The notes beneath the pieces are model-generated. The model ran no database searches and was not told the DNA's origin. It saw only the letters and a list, made by a program, of their open reading frames with translations. A program made the translations under genes and the position numbers. A DNA stretch of 61,165 nt, filler included. It is 4 parts of 4 records of this genome, joined end to end, with 100 filler letters (N's around TTAATTAATTAA, not from the genome) between each part and the next. Parts side by side here need not be neighbours in the genome. Positions count along the whole stretch, not along the records: positions 1 to 10,271 come from SRR31147125_23276; 3 more parts are not named here. The stretch is one strand, 5' to 3'. Positions 1-9,224 of this stretch are shown one piece after another; position 1 is the stretch's first letter, and every line of letters begins with the position of its first letter.

Positions 1-204
1 CCTTCTTTAGGACAAGAAATCAAAAATGCTTTCGAAAGACCTTTTGTTTTGGGGGAACAGTCATTTGATATTTCCGCAAGTATCGGTTTAACCTATACCA
101 CAGTAAACGAAAAAAACTTCATAACATTGGTAAAAGAAGCTGATATGGCAATGTATCAGGCGAAAACCAGCGGTAAAAACACGTATATAATCTACGATTT
201 CTGA
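1..204 (+). CDS. Diguanylate cyclase (GGDEF domain), C-terminal fragment, 5' truncated
   Basis: Frame 1 reads ...ISASIG...LVKEADMAMYQAKTSGKNTY, a typical GGDEF C-terminus; stop TGA at 202-204. Confidence 0.85.
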   Translation, partial: PSLGQEIKNAFERPFVLGEQSFDISASIGLTYTTVNEKNFITLVKEADMAMYQAKTSGKNTYIIYDF

Positions 205-338
205 TATGATAGCTAAAGCACATACAACCATCGACGGAAACCTACATGCAAGAAATGCTTATGTTACTAGCAAGTAACATTGGATAATGTATGTCATAAT
301 AAATCTTCAGAGATTACGCTTGAGTTTGTCTGTAATTA

Positions 339-354
339 TTTTTGCGCCAGAACC
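339..354 (-). mobile_element. Solitary IS6-family-like terminal inverted repeat (GGTTCTGGCGCAAAAA)
   Basis: Resembles recalled IS6-family ends (IS257/ISS1 GGTTCTGTTGCAAA, IS240 GGTTCTGGTGCAAA); no transposase or partner IR seen. Confidence 0.35.
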
Positions 355-395
355 TAAAAATGTGGAGACCCACTTATATAGGGGTTTTTGGATAT

Positions 396-450
396 AAAAA
401 AGGTACTGATCTTCGAACTATCTAATAAATAAGTTGAAATGTCAGTACCC
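396..450 (-). terminator. Intrinsic terminator after the GNAT gene
   Basis: GGTACTGA...TCAGTACC stem followed by T6 on the minus strand, immediately after the stop. Confidence 0.7.
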
Positions 451-453
451 ATA

Positions 454-939
454 TCAAATATATTTCTCATAAGATACTGCATATTCACGAAACCCATTCT
501 TTTCATATAGCTTCTTCGCTCCGTTATTCCATGAGTATGCATGCAGTTTAACACGACAGATTCCCTTATTCTTAAACCACGCCATCATTTTATCTATTAA
601 TTTTTGTCCAAGCCCTTTTCCTCTTGCATCTTGAGCTAAGTATAGCTCATCAAACAACCCCATTTTTCCAGTACCGTTATCAGCTATACTATCTTCTGTA
701 TATATCTTTCCTAAAGCATATCCAACTATTTTTTTGTTCTTTTCTACAACTAAAACTTTTGAATTATCGCTCCTATTATTGAAAGTATTAAAAGCTTTAC
801 TTTCTATACTTTTAACTACTTTAGCATAATCATCATATTTACTTTGGTCTTCATGGTTTTCTCTGTTAAACCTACTTAATGCAACTGCCATCTCAATTAG
901 TACATCTAAATCCTTTTCCACCGCTTCTCTAATAATCAT
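454..939 (-). CDS. GNAT family N-acetyltransferase
   Basis: RGKGLGQKL acetyl-CoA motif and N..AKKLYEKNGF; ATG at 939 follows an AAGGAG RBS. Confidence 0.9.
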   Translation of the reverse strand: MIIREAVEKDLDVLIEMAVALSRFNRENHEDQSKYDDYAKVVKSIESKAFNTFNNRSDNSKVLVVEKNKKIVGYALGKIYTEDSIADNGTGKMGLFDELYLAQDARGKGLGQKLIDKMMAWFKNKGICRVKLHAYSWNNGAKKLYEKNGFREYAVSYEKYI

Positions 940-1094
940 CTTAAACTCCTTTAATTCTAATGCGGTCAATATTCATCGAAATTATATCATATTCTAAAAT
1001 AAAGTATACAATCATTCAATAAATACACTATTAAAATTATGCCTTAAATACTCAAACTCTCTTTTTAAATCATTTAATCTTTCTTGGCGGTTCA

Positions 1095-1149
1095 AATCCG
1101 TTCTATTTATATGGCATCAAAACAAAAAGTCCATCCTTTGATGAACTTT
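1095..1149. repeat. Intergenic repeat A, copy 1 (contains a terminator-like hairpin)
   Basis: Aligns with 5282-5337; identical 23-nt core TCAAAACAAAAAGTCCATCCTTT (1117-1139 = 5303-5325). Confidence 0.8.
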
Positions 1150-1274
1150 CAAAATTTTATCACTACAAAAAACGCACTATCTAATATAGCGCTTGTATTG
1201 GAAGAACAGCTCAAAATACATACACCAAAAATTGCTCAATTGAAAGTTTTTAAAAACAAATTACTTCCATTCAC

Positions 1275-3140
1275 TTATTCTAATATTTTGGTTAAAGTAC
1301 AATCAGTATCGTATCCTCTAAGTAATTTTCCAAAAAACTTTCCATCGTATATATAACCATATATATCTAACATACTATAATCTTCTGGTTTCTCGCTAAT
1401 CCACGATTCAGAAGAAATCTTTACATATCCAGTATCAAAATCGATATTGCATTTGGACAGATAACTTCCTTGATATCCTTCTTTATTACTGTCTGTTGGT
1501 TCAAATTTAATAATGGCTTTGTAACTATCAGATTCACAAAATATATTGATTTTCAAATTCATCTCTCCTGATTTGTTACTATAACTACCCAGGTAAGTAC
1601 CGACAACATCCTCATCTTTAATAGGCGATCCTTTATGTTTTTTCATACATGCCCAAAAATACATAAAATATTGTTTATCGTCATCTTCGTAATGATCTCT
1701 CTCAAACCAAATACTATTACCATTATCTAGTCTTGCTAGATTATATACTGGTGCGATATGAAATCTGTCAGAGTTGCATTTTGAATAAATAAGCTCTCCC
1801 TTGGGTGATAATACAAAATTCCAGGGATTATCTTCTGGAAAAAAAATTCCTACTTCGTCACCAGTACACTTTCCGGGCTTCCAACCAGTCACGTCTCCAT
1901 CACGAGACCAAGAGGAACCTGTAAAATAGTAATTACCATCAGAGCCTTCTACACCAAAATTAATTCTATCATCGCCTGTCCCTCCACAGTACCTATACCA
2001 CTCTACCTTATATTCATCGTCTGTCTTTATTACTAAACCATCTATTTGACCAAGAGCCAAACTAATTATAAAATCTTCGTCATCTTTATCTTCGCTATAT
2101 AAATATTTTGAATACAACTTCTCATAAATCTCTACAGTTGAACCATGAAAACCTTCTTTTAATAGCTCATCAACAGAAGCACTATTCACATAGTCTCGAT
2201 AGAAAATGTACCCGTCATCCTTAGTCTTAAAGGCTTTGTAGTCACCATTTTCCTTATATTTAACATCCAACTCTAACTGTTTATCTTCGCCTAAAACCGT
2301 AATATCAAATTCTGCTTCTTCAAACATCCAGCCATTATCCGTTTCAGCCCAATTTTCCATCGGCTTTTCGCTTCTATATATTATCTTTCCGTCCGAACTT
2401 AACTGAATATACTCAGTGTATTCGTATGTTTCAGAATATAGCGGTTGCTTAGATAAATTGTATTCCTTTGCTTCATCACCATACTTACTGTTATAAACAT
2501 TTGAAGAAATTTCATCTAATTCCGAACCAAATATTTTACAATTTATATTCCCTTCAGCTGTTAATGAAATAGAAGGAAGTGCATTGAAGTTAGATTTCTG
2601 GTTATTTAAAATTGTAAACCACTCAATATTTAAATCATCATCTATCTTAGCAACATATGTATCAGAAATATGCTTTATCTCAGCAAATTGAAGGTCAGCT
2701 AAATATACACCTTTATTGCTTCGCGTAATCCTGCCTTTATCACAATGAGTATACCCACATATTATAGCCGAATCACCTGTATTTAGAATATTCCAACTAC
2801 AAACTATTTCGCTATCCCCTTTAAAATTTAGTTTTTCTATTTTATTTGAATCAACTAGTATGTATGATTCTTGACTGCATATTTTGTTTATTGCCCCTAC
2901 TGTTTTCTCATCAATAAGCTTTTCATCTTTCTTTACTTCTTTTTCTGAATAAATAGGAGTATGCTCAGGTGTGCTTTTTGGGGTAGGTGTGCATATTGGA
3001 GTTGGTTCTGGCGTAATTGTAGGTGTTGGCTCATTATCCTTGTTTTCCAAAGTTTCTTCTGCTTTTTCACATGCAATTAATGTAAAAAGAGTCACAAAAA
3101 AAAGAACCAGTACTAATATTTGTTTTATGGTTTTATTCAT
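1275..3140 (-). CDS. Large lipoprotein with Pro/Thr linker and probable beta-propeller repeats
   Basis: Signal peptide with LIAC lipobox, PTPT repeats, repeated 'K.DD....EW' blades, GGTGDD motif; ATG at 3140. Confidence 0.75.
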   Translation of the reverse strand: MNKTIKQILVLVLFFVTLFTLIACEKAEETLENKDNEPTPTITPEPTPICTPTPKSTPEHTPIYSEKEVKKDEKLIDEKTVGAINKICSQESYILVDSNKIEKLNFKGDSEIVCSWNILNTGDSAIICGYTHCDKGRITRSNKGVYLADLQFAEIKHISDTYVAKIDDDLNIEWFTILNNQKSNFNALPSISLTAEGNINCKIFGSELDEISSNVYNSKYGDEAKEYNLSKQPLYSETYEYTEYIQLSSDGKIIYRSEKPMENWAETDNGWMFEEAEFDITVLGEDKQLELDVKYKENGDYKAFKTKDDGYIFYRDYVNSASVDELLKEGFHGSTVEIYEKLYSKYLYSEDKDDEDFIISLALGQIDGLVIKTDDEYKVEWYRYCGGTGDDRINFGVEGSDGNYYFTGSSWSRDGDVTGWKPGKCTGDEVGIFFPEDNPWNFVLSPKGELIYSKCNSDRFHIAPVYNLARLDNGNSIWFERDHYEDDDKQYFMYFWACMKKHKGSPIKDEDVVGTYLGSYSNKSGEMNLKINIFCESDSYKAIIKFEPTDSNKEGYQGSYLSKCNIDFDTGYVKISSESWISEKPEDYSMLDIYGYIYDGKFFGKLLRGYDTDCTLTKILE

Positions 3141-3278
3141 TAGATACCGCCCTTGAAACATACTATATCGTGTCTATTTGTCACTATATGGTAAATATAA
3201 TCTATATTCTAAAGAAAGTCAAGTTCAAGTTTTATTAGACCTAAAAAAGCCCGAAAGCATCTATTTCAAGCTATACCG

Positions 3279-3337
3279 TGGCTCTTTTGGTTAAAAATAT
3301 GTGTCATCTTTTGTTAATCGTTATGCAAATACTTCTA
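3279..3337. repeat. Intergenic repeat B, copy 1
   Basis: TGGCTCTTTTGGTYAAAAA plus ATGCAAAWACWTCTA 44 nt later; same spacing at 5344-5402. Confidence 0.6.
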
Positions 3338-3371
3338 CTTTTACACCGTCATTTACAAAAATAAACATTGG

Positions 3372-3932
3372 TTATTTAAACTTCAATCCATTTATAATGA
3401 TTGAATATATTTGCTTATGAGTATCTTCATTTACTGCAAGAGAATTGTTAACTAATTGATAATGAGCCTCTTTAATTGAACCTATAACTACACAAAGAAT
3501 ACTAGTGTTCGGAACATTTTTTATAATACCATTCTCTTTAGCGATGTCTAAAAGCATAGTATAATCATTAAACATCTCATAATTTTTTTCCACGAGTTCA
3601 GGTGTTATACAAGTTGAAAAAGCATGTTGTACAAGAAACTTTCCTTGAACTGGATTTTCAATATAAAAATCAAATAGGCACTTAAAACAAATATACAATT
3701 TTTCATCTAAGTTTTGATTTTCATCTATAGCAGCTTCAAAATAGCTACTCATATTTTGCTTTATATCAGTGTATAATCCATCAATAAGAGCCTGCTTGTT
3801 TTCAAAATAAGTATATAATGATCCAGCTGCAACTTTTGCTTCCTTTGCTATCTTCGACATAGGTGCATTATGTATCCCTTGCTCATCAATAAGCTTTAAT
3901 GCAGCGTCCAATATTGCTCTTTTTTTATCCAT
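3372..3932 (-). CDS. TetR/AcrR family transcriptional regulator
   Basis: N-terminal HTH IAKEAKVAAGSLYTYFENK; GGAG RBS. Confidence 0.92.
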   Translation of the reverse strand: MDKKRAILDAALKLIDEQGIHNAPMSKIAKEAKVAAGSLYTYFENKQALIDGLYTDIKQNMSSYFEAAIDENQNLDEKLYICFKCLFDFYIENPVQGKFLVQHAFSTCITPELVEKNYEMFNDYTMLLDIAKENGIIKNVPNTSILCVVIGSIKEAHYQLVNNSLAVNEDTHKQIYSIIINGLKFK

Positions 3933-4099
3933 AAAAAACTCCTACTACCCTGTTAGCAACAATTATATCATACAGACAAAAATAGTTCATCAATTTACTT
4001 AGCAACACGGTACATCATCTTACCAAATATTTCTAAAACTCTAAGCATAAAGGCTTCAAAATTATTATACCCTTTTTCATAAATGTATCGCCTCTTTAA

Positions 4100-4930
4100 T
4101 TAGATGTTTTTACAAGCTTGTTTATATAGTTCATCTATTAATTGTGGCGTATATCTTTTTACTAATTTTGAACTAGTAAACGTTATTGCACTTTTAGGGC
4201 ATCTACTTACACATCTTAGACATCTTAAACAACCATTATCATTTATCACTGTTGTTTTATTGTTTTTCTTTGTAATATTTTGTACAGGACATGCTTTAAT
4301 ACAAGACCCACAGTTATTGCAGTCTTCATTTATACATAGGTCTAAATAGTATTTCTCACCATATATTTTTTCTGAAAAAAATCTTATAATATTATAGTGA
4401 GGATAAATACCACCTACATTTGCTTTTGGCTTATTCTTGAAATGATAATAAGCATCCATTGTTTTTTTCGTATAATCTAATATGAGCTTATCAATGTTTT
4501 TTTCAAATCTAACATTCCTATATCTTGAATGTGTTGTTTGTTCATATGTAACAACTCCATTTGATGGACATCTAAAACCAGTCTTTTCAATCGCGTAATA
4601 TCCTTTTTCTTTAAGCTTTTTTGCAACAATATTTAAGCAATCACCCTTAATAAAAGCCATAGTGGAATACAAAAAAATAGGCGATGGGTCTTGTTGGTTA
4701 GGTAGCAAATCAATAAAACTGTTTACTATTTCTGGTGGTAATAAATCATAGACCGGAAAACCTAAACCTAACAAAATATCACTATCAAAATCTAACAACA
4801 TCTTTTCATTTAATACTTTTTCTATCTCGATAAGCTCTACTTCATTTTTCTTAATATATGCTTTTTCAATTTTTTCTGTAACAAGTTTTGTATTCCCTGT
4901 TCCAGAAAAATAGAACATTTTAATATACAA
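4100..4930 (-). CDS. EFR1-family ferrodoxin (flavodoxin-like domain + 2x[4Fe-4S])
   Basis: YFSGTGNT flavodoxin motif and two CxxCxxCxxxCP; likely TTG start at 4930 after a GGGGGTG RBS (the ORF-track start overlaps the operator). Confidence 0.88.
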   Translation of the reverse strand: MYIKMFYFSGTGNTKLVTEKIEKAYIKKNEVELIEIEKVLNEKMLLDFDSDILLGLGFPVYDLLPPEIVNSFIDLLPNQQDPSPIFLYSTMAFIKGDCLNIVAKKLKEKGYYAIEKTGFRCPSNGVVTYEQTTHSRYRNVRFEKNIDKLILDYTKKTMDAYYHFKNKPKANVGGIYPHYNIIRFFSEKIYGEKYYLDLCINEDCNNCGSCIKACPVQNITKKNNKTTVINDNGCLRCLRCVSRCPKSAITFTSSKLVKRYTPQLIDELYKQACKNI

Positions 4931-4947
4931 TAAAAACACCCCCGTAA

Positions 4948-4995
4948 ATGATTGAACGTTCATTCATATTCTACATTTATATTTTTCCTTGTCAA
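4948..4995 (-). promoter_or_regulatory. Sigma70-type promoter with TetR-type palindromic operator
   Basis: TTGACA (4990-4995), 16 bp, TAGAAT (4968-4973); near-perfect palindrome ATGATTGAACGTTCATTCAT (4948-4967) just downstream. Confidence 0.7.
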
Positions 4996-5281
4996 GTGCT
5001 ATTAAACTTTTCTTTATTTAAGCACTAATAAACAATTAATCATCTGAAATTTTAAGCTTTTTTAATACTTCATTTTAGTTCTTGCCTTCTTATGCCCTAA
5101 AGCGCCCTTGCCCTTAAGATACGAATATCACAAAATGCATCTTAAGAAACTAAAATAAAAATCTGTCCCTTGTCTTTTTGAGAGGAAAACCTTTGACTTG
5201 TGCCTCTTTTCAGTAAACCCTTTGGATATGACTTCCTCTGCCACTGTCAGCGGAAGCCTTTATGTTTGTATCTTTAGAGTG

Positions 5282-5339
5282 AATCCGTTTTATTTACGTA
5301 CTTCAAAACAAAAAGTCCATCCTTTTGGACGAACTTTTT
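5282..5339. repeat. Intergenic repeat A, copy 2
   Basis: Matches 1095-1149; hairpin AAAAAGTCCATCC-TTTT-GGACGAACTTTTT. Confidence 0.8.
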
Positions 5340-5343
5340 ATTT

Positions 5344-5402
5344 TGGCTCTTTTGGTCAAAAAAGATGCAATTCAAACTCCTCATCTAATGCAAAAACATC
5401 TA
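5344..5402. repeat. Intergenic repeat B, copy 2
   Basis: Matches 3279-3337 (18/19 and 13/15 identical blocks at identical spacing). Confidence 0.6.
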
Positions 5403-5461
5403 TATACTCATCCATCTTATCCAATACTTTATCAACATGCATTTTTATTATATAGCTTTAT

Positions 5462-5992
5462 TCAGTATATCCATTTTCGCATAATCACCTTGTGCGTAAA
5501 TATTGCAACGATAAAAAGCAATGTACCGCCCATAATCAATGCAGTCGCAATGAGTTCAAACCTTTGGAACAACCCTGTTTGTATCGCCTTATAGGTAAAA
5601 GCATATAACAGAAACGGATTCAGCAGGCATGCTGTTACAACACCTGGTGAATACACGCCAGTTTTGATGGTGGGCAGCGCATGAAATACTGTGTTTATAA
5701 TAAATCCGATTGATGCAGAATACAGAACAACTGCAACAAAGTTGTTGTCGGGATTAATATTGATCAGAATAACCTGTATTAGCGTGAGCAAGAACAACAC
5801 AATATTCTCTGCATTAAGCTTGGCTTGATTGTAAACTATGCCAGCTTTCTTCCATTTATCTCTCTTGCTATTGTATTTAGAATTCATCCATTTGACCAGA
5901 CGCGGACCTTCCTCAGCATAATGCAACACATATACAACAATAACAGCCCAACTCAGTTGTGCCCAACTTAAGCTTTCGATTAACCTATCCAT
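5462..5992 (-). CDS. HXXEE domain membrane protein
   Basis: HYAEE motif, YSPGVVTA motif, several hydrophobic helices; GGAGG RBS; overlaps the upstream gene. Confidence 0.88.
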   Translation of the reverse strand: MDRLIESLSWAQLSWAVIVVYVLHYAEEGPRLVKWMNSKYNSKRDKWKKAGIVYNQAKLNAENIVLFLLTLIQVILININPDNNFVAVVLYSASIGFIINTVFHALPTIKTGVYSPGVVTACLLNPFLLYAFTYKAIQTGLFQRFELIATALIMGGTLLFIVAIFTHKVIMRKWIY

Positions 5993-7502
5993 TTTTACCT
6001 CCTCTTACAAACATATTTGAAAATGCATAGCTAACAAGAATTGTACCTGTATAGCCCCCGCTAAATGCACCTGACCATGCCGATAACATATATAACCCTT
6101 TGAAAGGTGTTTTAATAGGTATGCCCCCGTTGCCCATGCCGACTCTATTTGGTGTATATGCGTAACCGTTGAATCCACCATCTTGGTTATTTGTGTATCG
6201 CTTCATCGTCAGTGGTGTGGATATTTCAATATGTTCAATATGCTCACTAAAGCCTTCTTTAAGATTATTTAACTGATAGATCACATCTGATTTTATCTGG
6301 TTTTTGTAATCCTTATATTGCTCTTTTGTCATGCTCTCTAAATCATGAATAAAATCATTTCGTATCACACTAATCACAGATTTACCTTTTGGTGCTAAAG
6401 ATGGATAGTCGGATATAGATAATGGACGACCACCTAATCCTTTTTCCTGCAGAGTAAATATTTCTTTTGAAGATGTGCTTTGATCTATTTTTATTGTATC
6501 GATTAAGTCTTTATCTATAATATCACTCAACTTGCAGTCAAGACCTATAAAAACAACTGTTGCAGAGGTTGATGACTCTAAATCCCCGGCTTTATTTATA
6601 TATTGATCATAAACAGCATGAAGTTTATCGTTCAACATATCCTTAATTGCAGATGGATGTGTATTAGCTACTACAGTAGATGCTTTAAAACCTATGCGTT
6701 CTTTACGCTTTAAATCATATGCGGTAACTCCTGTAATTCTTCTGCCTTCATTGTTTAAGCCGGTTACTCTATGATTAAACAATATTTGTCCGTCATAAGC
6801 TTCAATTTCATCATATAGTGCATTCGAAAGGCTTTGTGAACCACCTTCAATGTAAAATGTCTCTTCATTTATAAATCCATATAATCCGGTTAAATAGAAA
6901 ATAGCTGATATTTTATCTATTGGCAATCCAAAAAACATCCATCTTGATGCTATGACTTCACGAAGCTCTTTATCTTGTATATAGCTTTCGAATACATCTA
7001 AAAGCGTATCACTTCTTAAGTGATATAATGTTGGTGTTAGCCAAAAACCAATAAAAGTCGAAATAGCTTTTGGTAAAATACTTAGCATGGTCATTCGCCT
7101 TATCTCTCTCATAACTGAGTTCATCATAACCTCAATTTGCTCCAACCCTCTCTTTTCTTCAGGAAAACTCATCTTCAGTTTTTCAAAGAAACCTTCACCA
7201 GTCTCGACTTCTCCTTTCGAGAATGATATCTTTGTCGGTTTCAGTTTGATTGGTTTTATTCTTTTCATAATATTAAGGTCATCAAGAGCTTTATATAAAT
7301 CACACCCTTTCTTTAACCCTGGTGTTTTATGTAGACTGACTTCAAATTTAAAGTCTTTTCTTTTAAAAGTCGTTGCATAACCACCTGGAATACAATGCTG
7401 TTCTAAAACCAAGACTTTTTTCCCTTTTCTTGCCATCGTTAATGCTGATGTTAACCCTGATAACCCAGAACCAATAACAATGGCATCATAATTTCTGTTC
7501 AT
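5985..7502 (-). CDS. Phytoene desaturase / retinol saturase-like FAD-dependent oxidoreductase
   Basis: IGSGLSGL Rossmann motif, LEQH..PGGYATTFKR, GGSQSLSNAL, TPLTMKRYT, TPFKGLY. Confidence 0.85.
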   Translation of the reverse strand: MNRNYDAIVIGSGLSGLTSALTMARKGKKVLVLEQHCIPGGYATTFKRKDFKFEVSLHKTPGLKKGCDLYKALDDLNIMKRIKPIKLKPTKISFSKGEVETGEGFFEKLKMSFPEEKRGLEQIEVMMNSVMREIRRMTMLSILPKAISTFIGFWLTPTLYHLRSDTLLDVFESYIQDKELREVIASRWMFFGLPIDKISAIFYLTGLYGFINEETFYIEGGSQSLSNALYDEIEAYDGQILFNHRVTGLNNEGRRITGVTAYDLKRKERIGFKASTVVANTHPSAIKDMLNDKLHAVYDQYINKAGDLESSTSATVVFIGLDCKLSDIIDKDLIDTIKIDQSTSSKEIFTLQEKGLGGRPLSISDYPSLAPKGKSVISVIRNDFIHDLESMTKEQYKDYKNQIKSDVIYQLNNLKEGFSEHIEHIEISTPLTMKRYTNNQDGGFNGYAYTPNRVGMGNGGIPIKTPFKGLYMLSAWSGAFSGGYTGTILVSYAFSNMFVRGGKNG

Positions 7503-7620
7503 CTAATTTATCCCTTTCTTGAATAATCGGACAATATGTCGTATGATTAAATTGTAATTGTCATGATAACAAAAAACAACCAACAAAATCTAAGAAGTGT
7601 CGGATATGGAGAAAGGGCAA

Positions 7621-8187
7621 ATGAATAAGCAATCTTTAAGAACAGCAAAAACAAAGATAGACATTAAGGATGCTTTTTGGAAGCTATATTATGGAAAACA
7701 GATAGAGAAGATTACGGTTAAAGAAATTATTAGTACAGCTGGATACAATAGAAGCACTTTTTACGAATACTTTAAGGATGTATACGATGTATTAGAGCAG
7801 ATTGAAGCGGATATTCTTCCAGAACCAGATGAAATGCCGTTTTTAAATTGTGTTCCAACTGATGAGAATTGTAGTCCGCATTTACTGCCAATGAAAGCAT
7901 TTATAGAAGGATATAAAAAATATGGCAAGTACTACTCTGTACTTCTAAGTGAAAATGGCGACCCATCATTTTTATTTAAAATTAAGAAAATTGTTACACC
8001 AAAGCTGCGCGAAATGATGCTGAGTCAAGGGGCAGCGGATGGTGTTGAATTAGACATGTTTCTTGAATATAATATTTCTGCTGTTAGCGGTGTAATTAAC
8101 TACTGGTTTAATAGTAAAGAACAAGTTACTGTAGATGAGTTATACAGGATTGTTGGCGACTTAATATTTGGTAAGATTCCTAGATAA
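7621..8187 (+). CDS. TetR/AcrR family regulator, divergent from the oxidoreductase
   Basis: ITVKEII..AGYNRSTFYEYFKDVYD HTH; ATG at 7621 after a purine-rich RBS. Confidence 0.9.
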   Translation: MNKQSLRTAKTKIDIKDAFWKLYYGKQIEKITVKEIISTAGYNRSTFYEYFKDVYDVLEQIEADILPEPDEMPFLNCVPTDENCSPHLLPMKAFIEGYKKYGKYYSVLLSENGDPSFLFKIKKIVTPKLREMMLSQGAADGVELDMFLEYNISAVSGVINYWFNSKEQVTVDELYRIVGDLIFGKIPR

Positions 8188-8551
8188 ACAGTGTCAATGG
8201 CTACGATGAAATGTAGGAAAATGGCGCTTTAAAATACATAATTATATTAGAACATCTTTAATATAAAAGACAACAAAATCAAATCAACTATTCACAAAAG
8301 AGAGTTTTTGCGAATAATTGAGTAAATTGAGTACAATAAAAAATTTTCCAAAAAATATCCTGCGAGTTATTATTATGTATTGCATTAACTATACCAATCT
8401 ATCTTGAAATGCAATCTCGATTTTGTTAATATCAACAACTTTTATACACTCAATTAATTGACGTGTAATATTGTCATTAAATTTATCATTAACATGTAGT
8501 ACTTGGTTGGAGTAAAGATACTTAACCCGAAATAAAGTCTTTTGCTAAATT

Positions 8552-9224
8552 TTATACTCTAGTTTTCAGACGATTATTGAACACTGTAACAAGATTACTC
8601 TGTCCCATATTTTTAACCACCAAATTATTTAGTAATATTAAAGAAACACAAACACATAATAACATTACTTTATTCAACATATATCCATCTATATTTGCAG
8701 TATAAGAAAACGGGGTAAAAATTGTACTCTCTTCAGTACTCACAACACACCCAACAAAAAGAGCCAACAACATACCCAACAGGCGTATTAGAAAAAATAT
8801 TTGTTATAGTCATCGAAAGTAAACCAAAAAATAAAGTAAAAGGCAAATATACAGTCAAAAATATATACTTCATTAATATTAAAAGATGCCAAGCCACTAT
8901 TAATCATAAATAATGTAATAGAAGCTATCATGCTTATAAAAGCAACATTTATAAGCGACCTTATAATAACAAGCCCAATTATTCTACTTTTAGTAATATG
9001 AATCACTTCTCTAGTACCATGATTTTTTTCTAAACTTATTACGTCTGTTAAAAGAACGATTCCAGCAAATGGTGCATATATTTCGAATACTACAGAAATC
9101 ATATTTGGTCCGTTAAAGTTAACCGCAAACGGTAAAAAAGCAAAGAAAAATATGCATAAAATATGTTTTTAGAAAAAACAATTTTCCAATTATATTTTAT
9201 TTCTAGAAATATTTCTAACAGCAT
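8552..9224 (-). CDS. ABC-type permease-like membrane protein split by frameshifts (probably sequencing errors)
   Basis: ATG at 9224 plus ORF pieces 8788-9102 and 8552-8779 join into one hydrophobic protein with shifts at or near T-runs. Confidence 0.55.

Noticed and set aside
1086-1102. tRNA gene
   Set aside because: Only a T-arm-like hairpin; no acceptor stem, D-arm, anticodon arm or CCA
1084-1356. ORFs 1084-1356 and 5198-5455 sharing the peptide SKQKVHP
   Set aside because: The shared peptide just reflects DNA repeat A; no RBS or protein-like features
3235-3290. c-di-GMP-I riboswitch (GGTCTAA on the minus strand)
   Set aside because: Lacks the GGCAAAC..GAAA..GACGCAAAG core; looks like a terminator-type hairpin
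5362-5442. Tiny minus-strand ORF MHVDKVLDKMDEYIDVFALDEEFELHLF overlapping repeat B
   Set aside because: No clear RBS, and the second copy has in-frame stops
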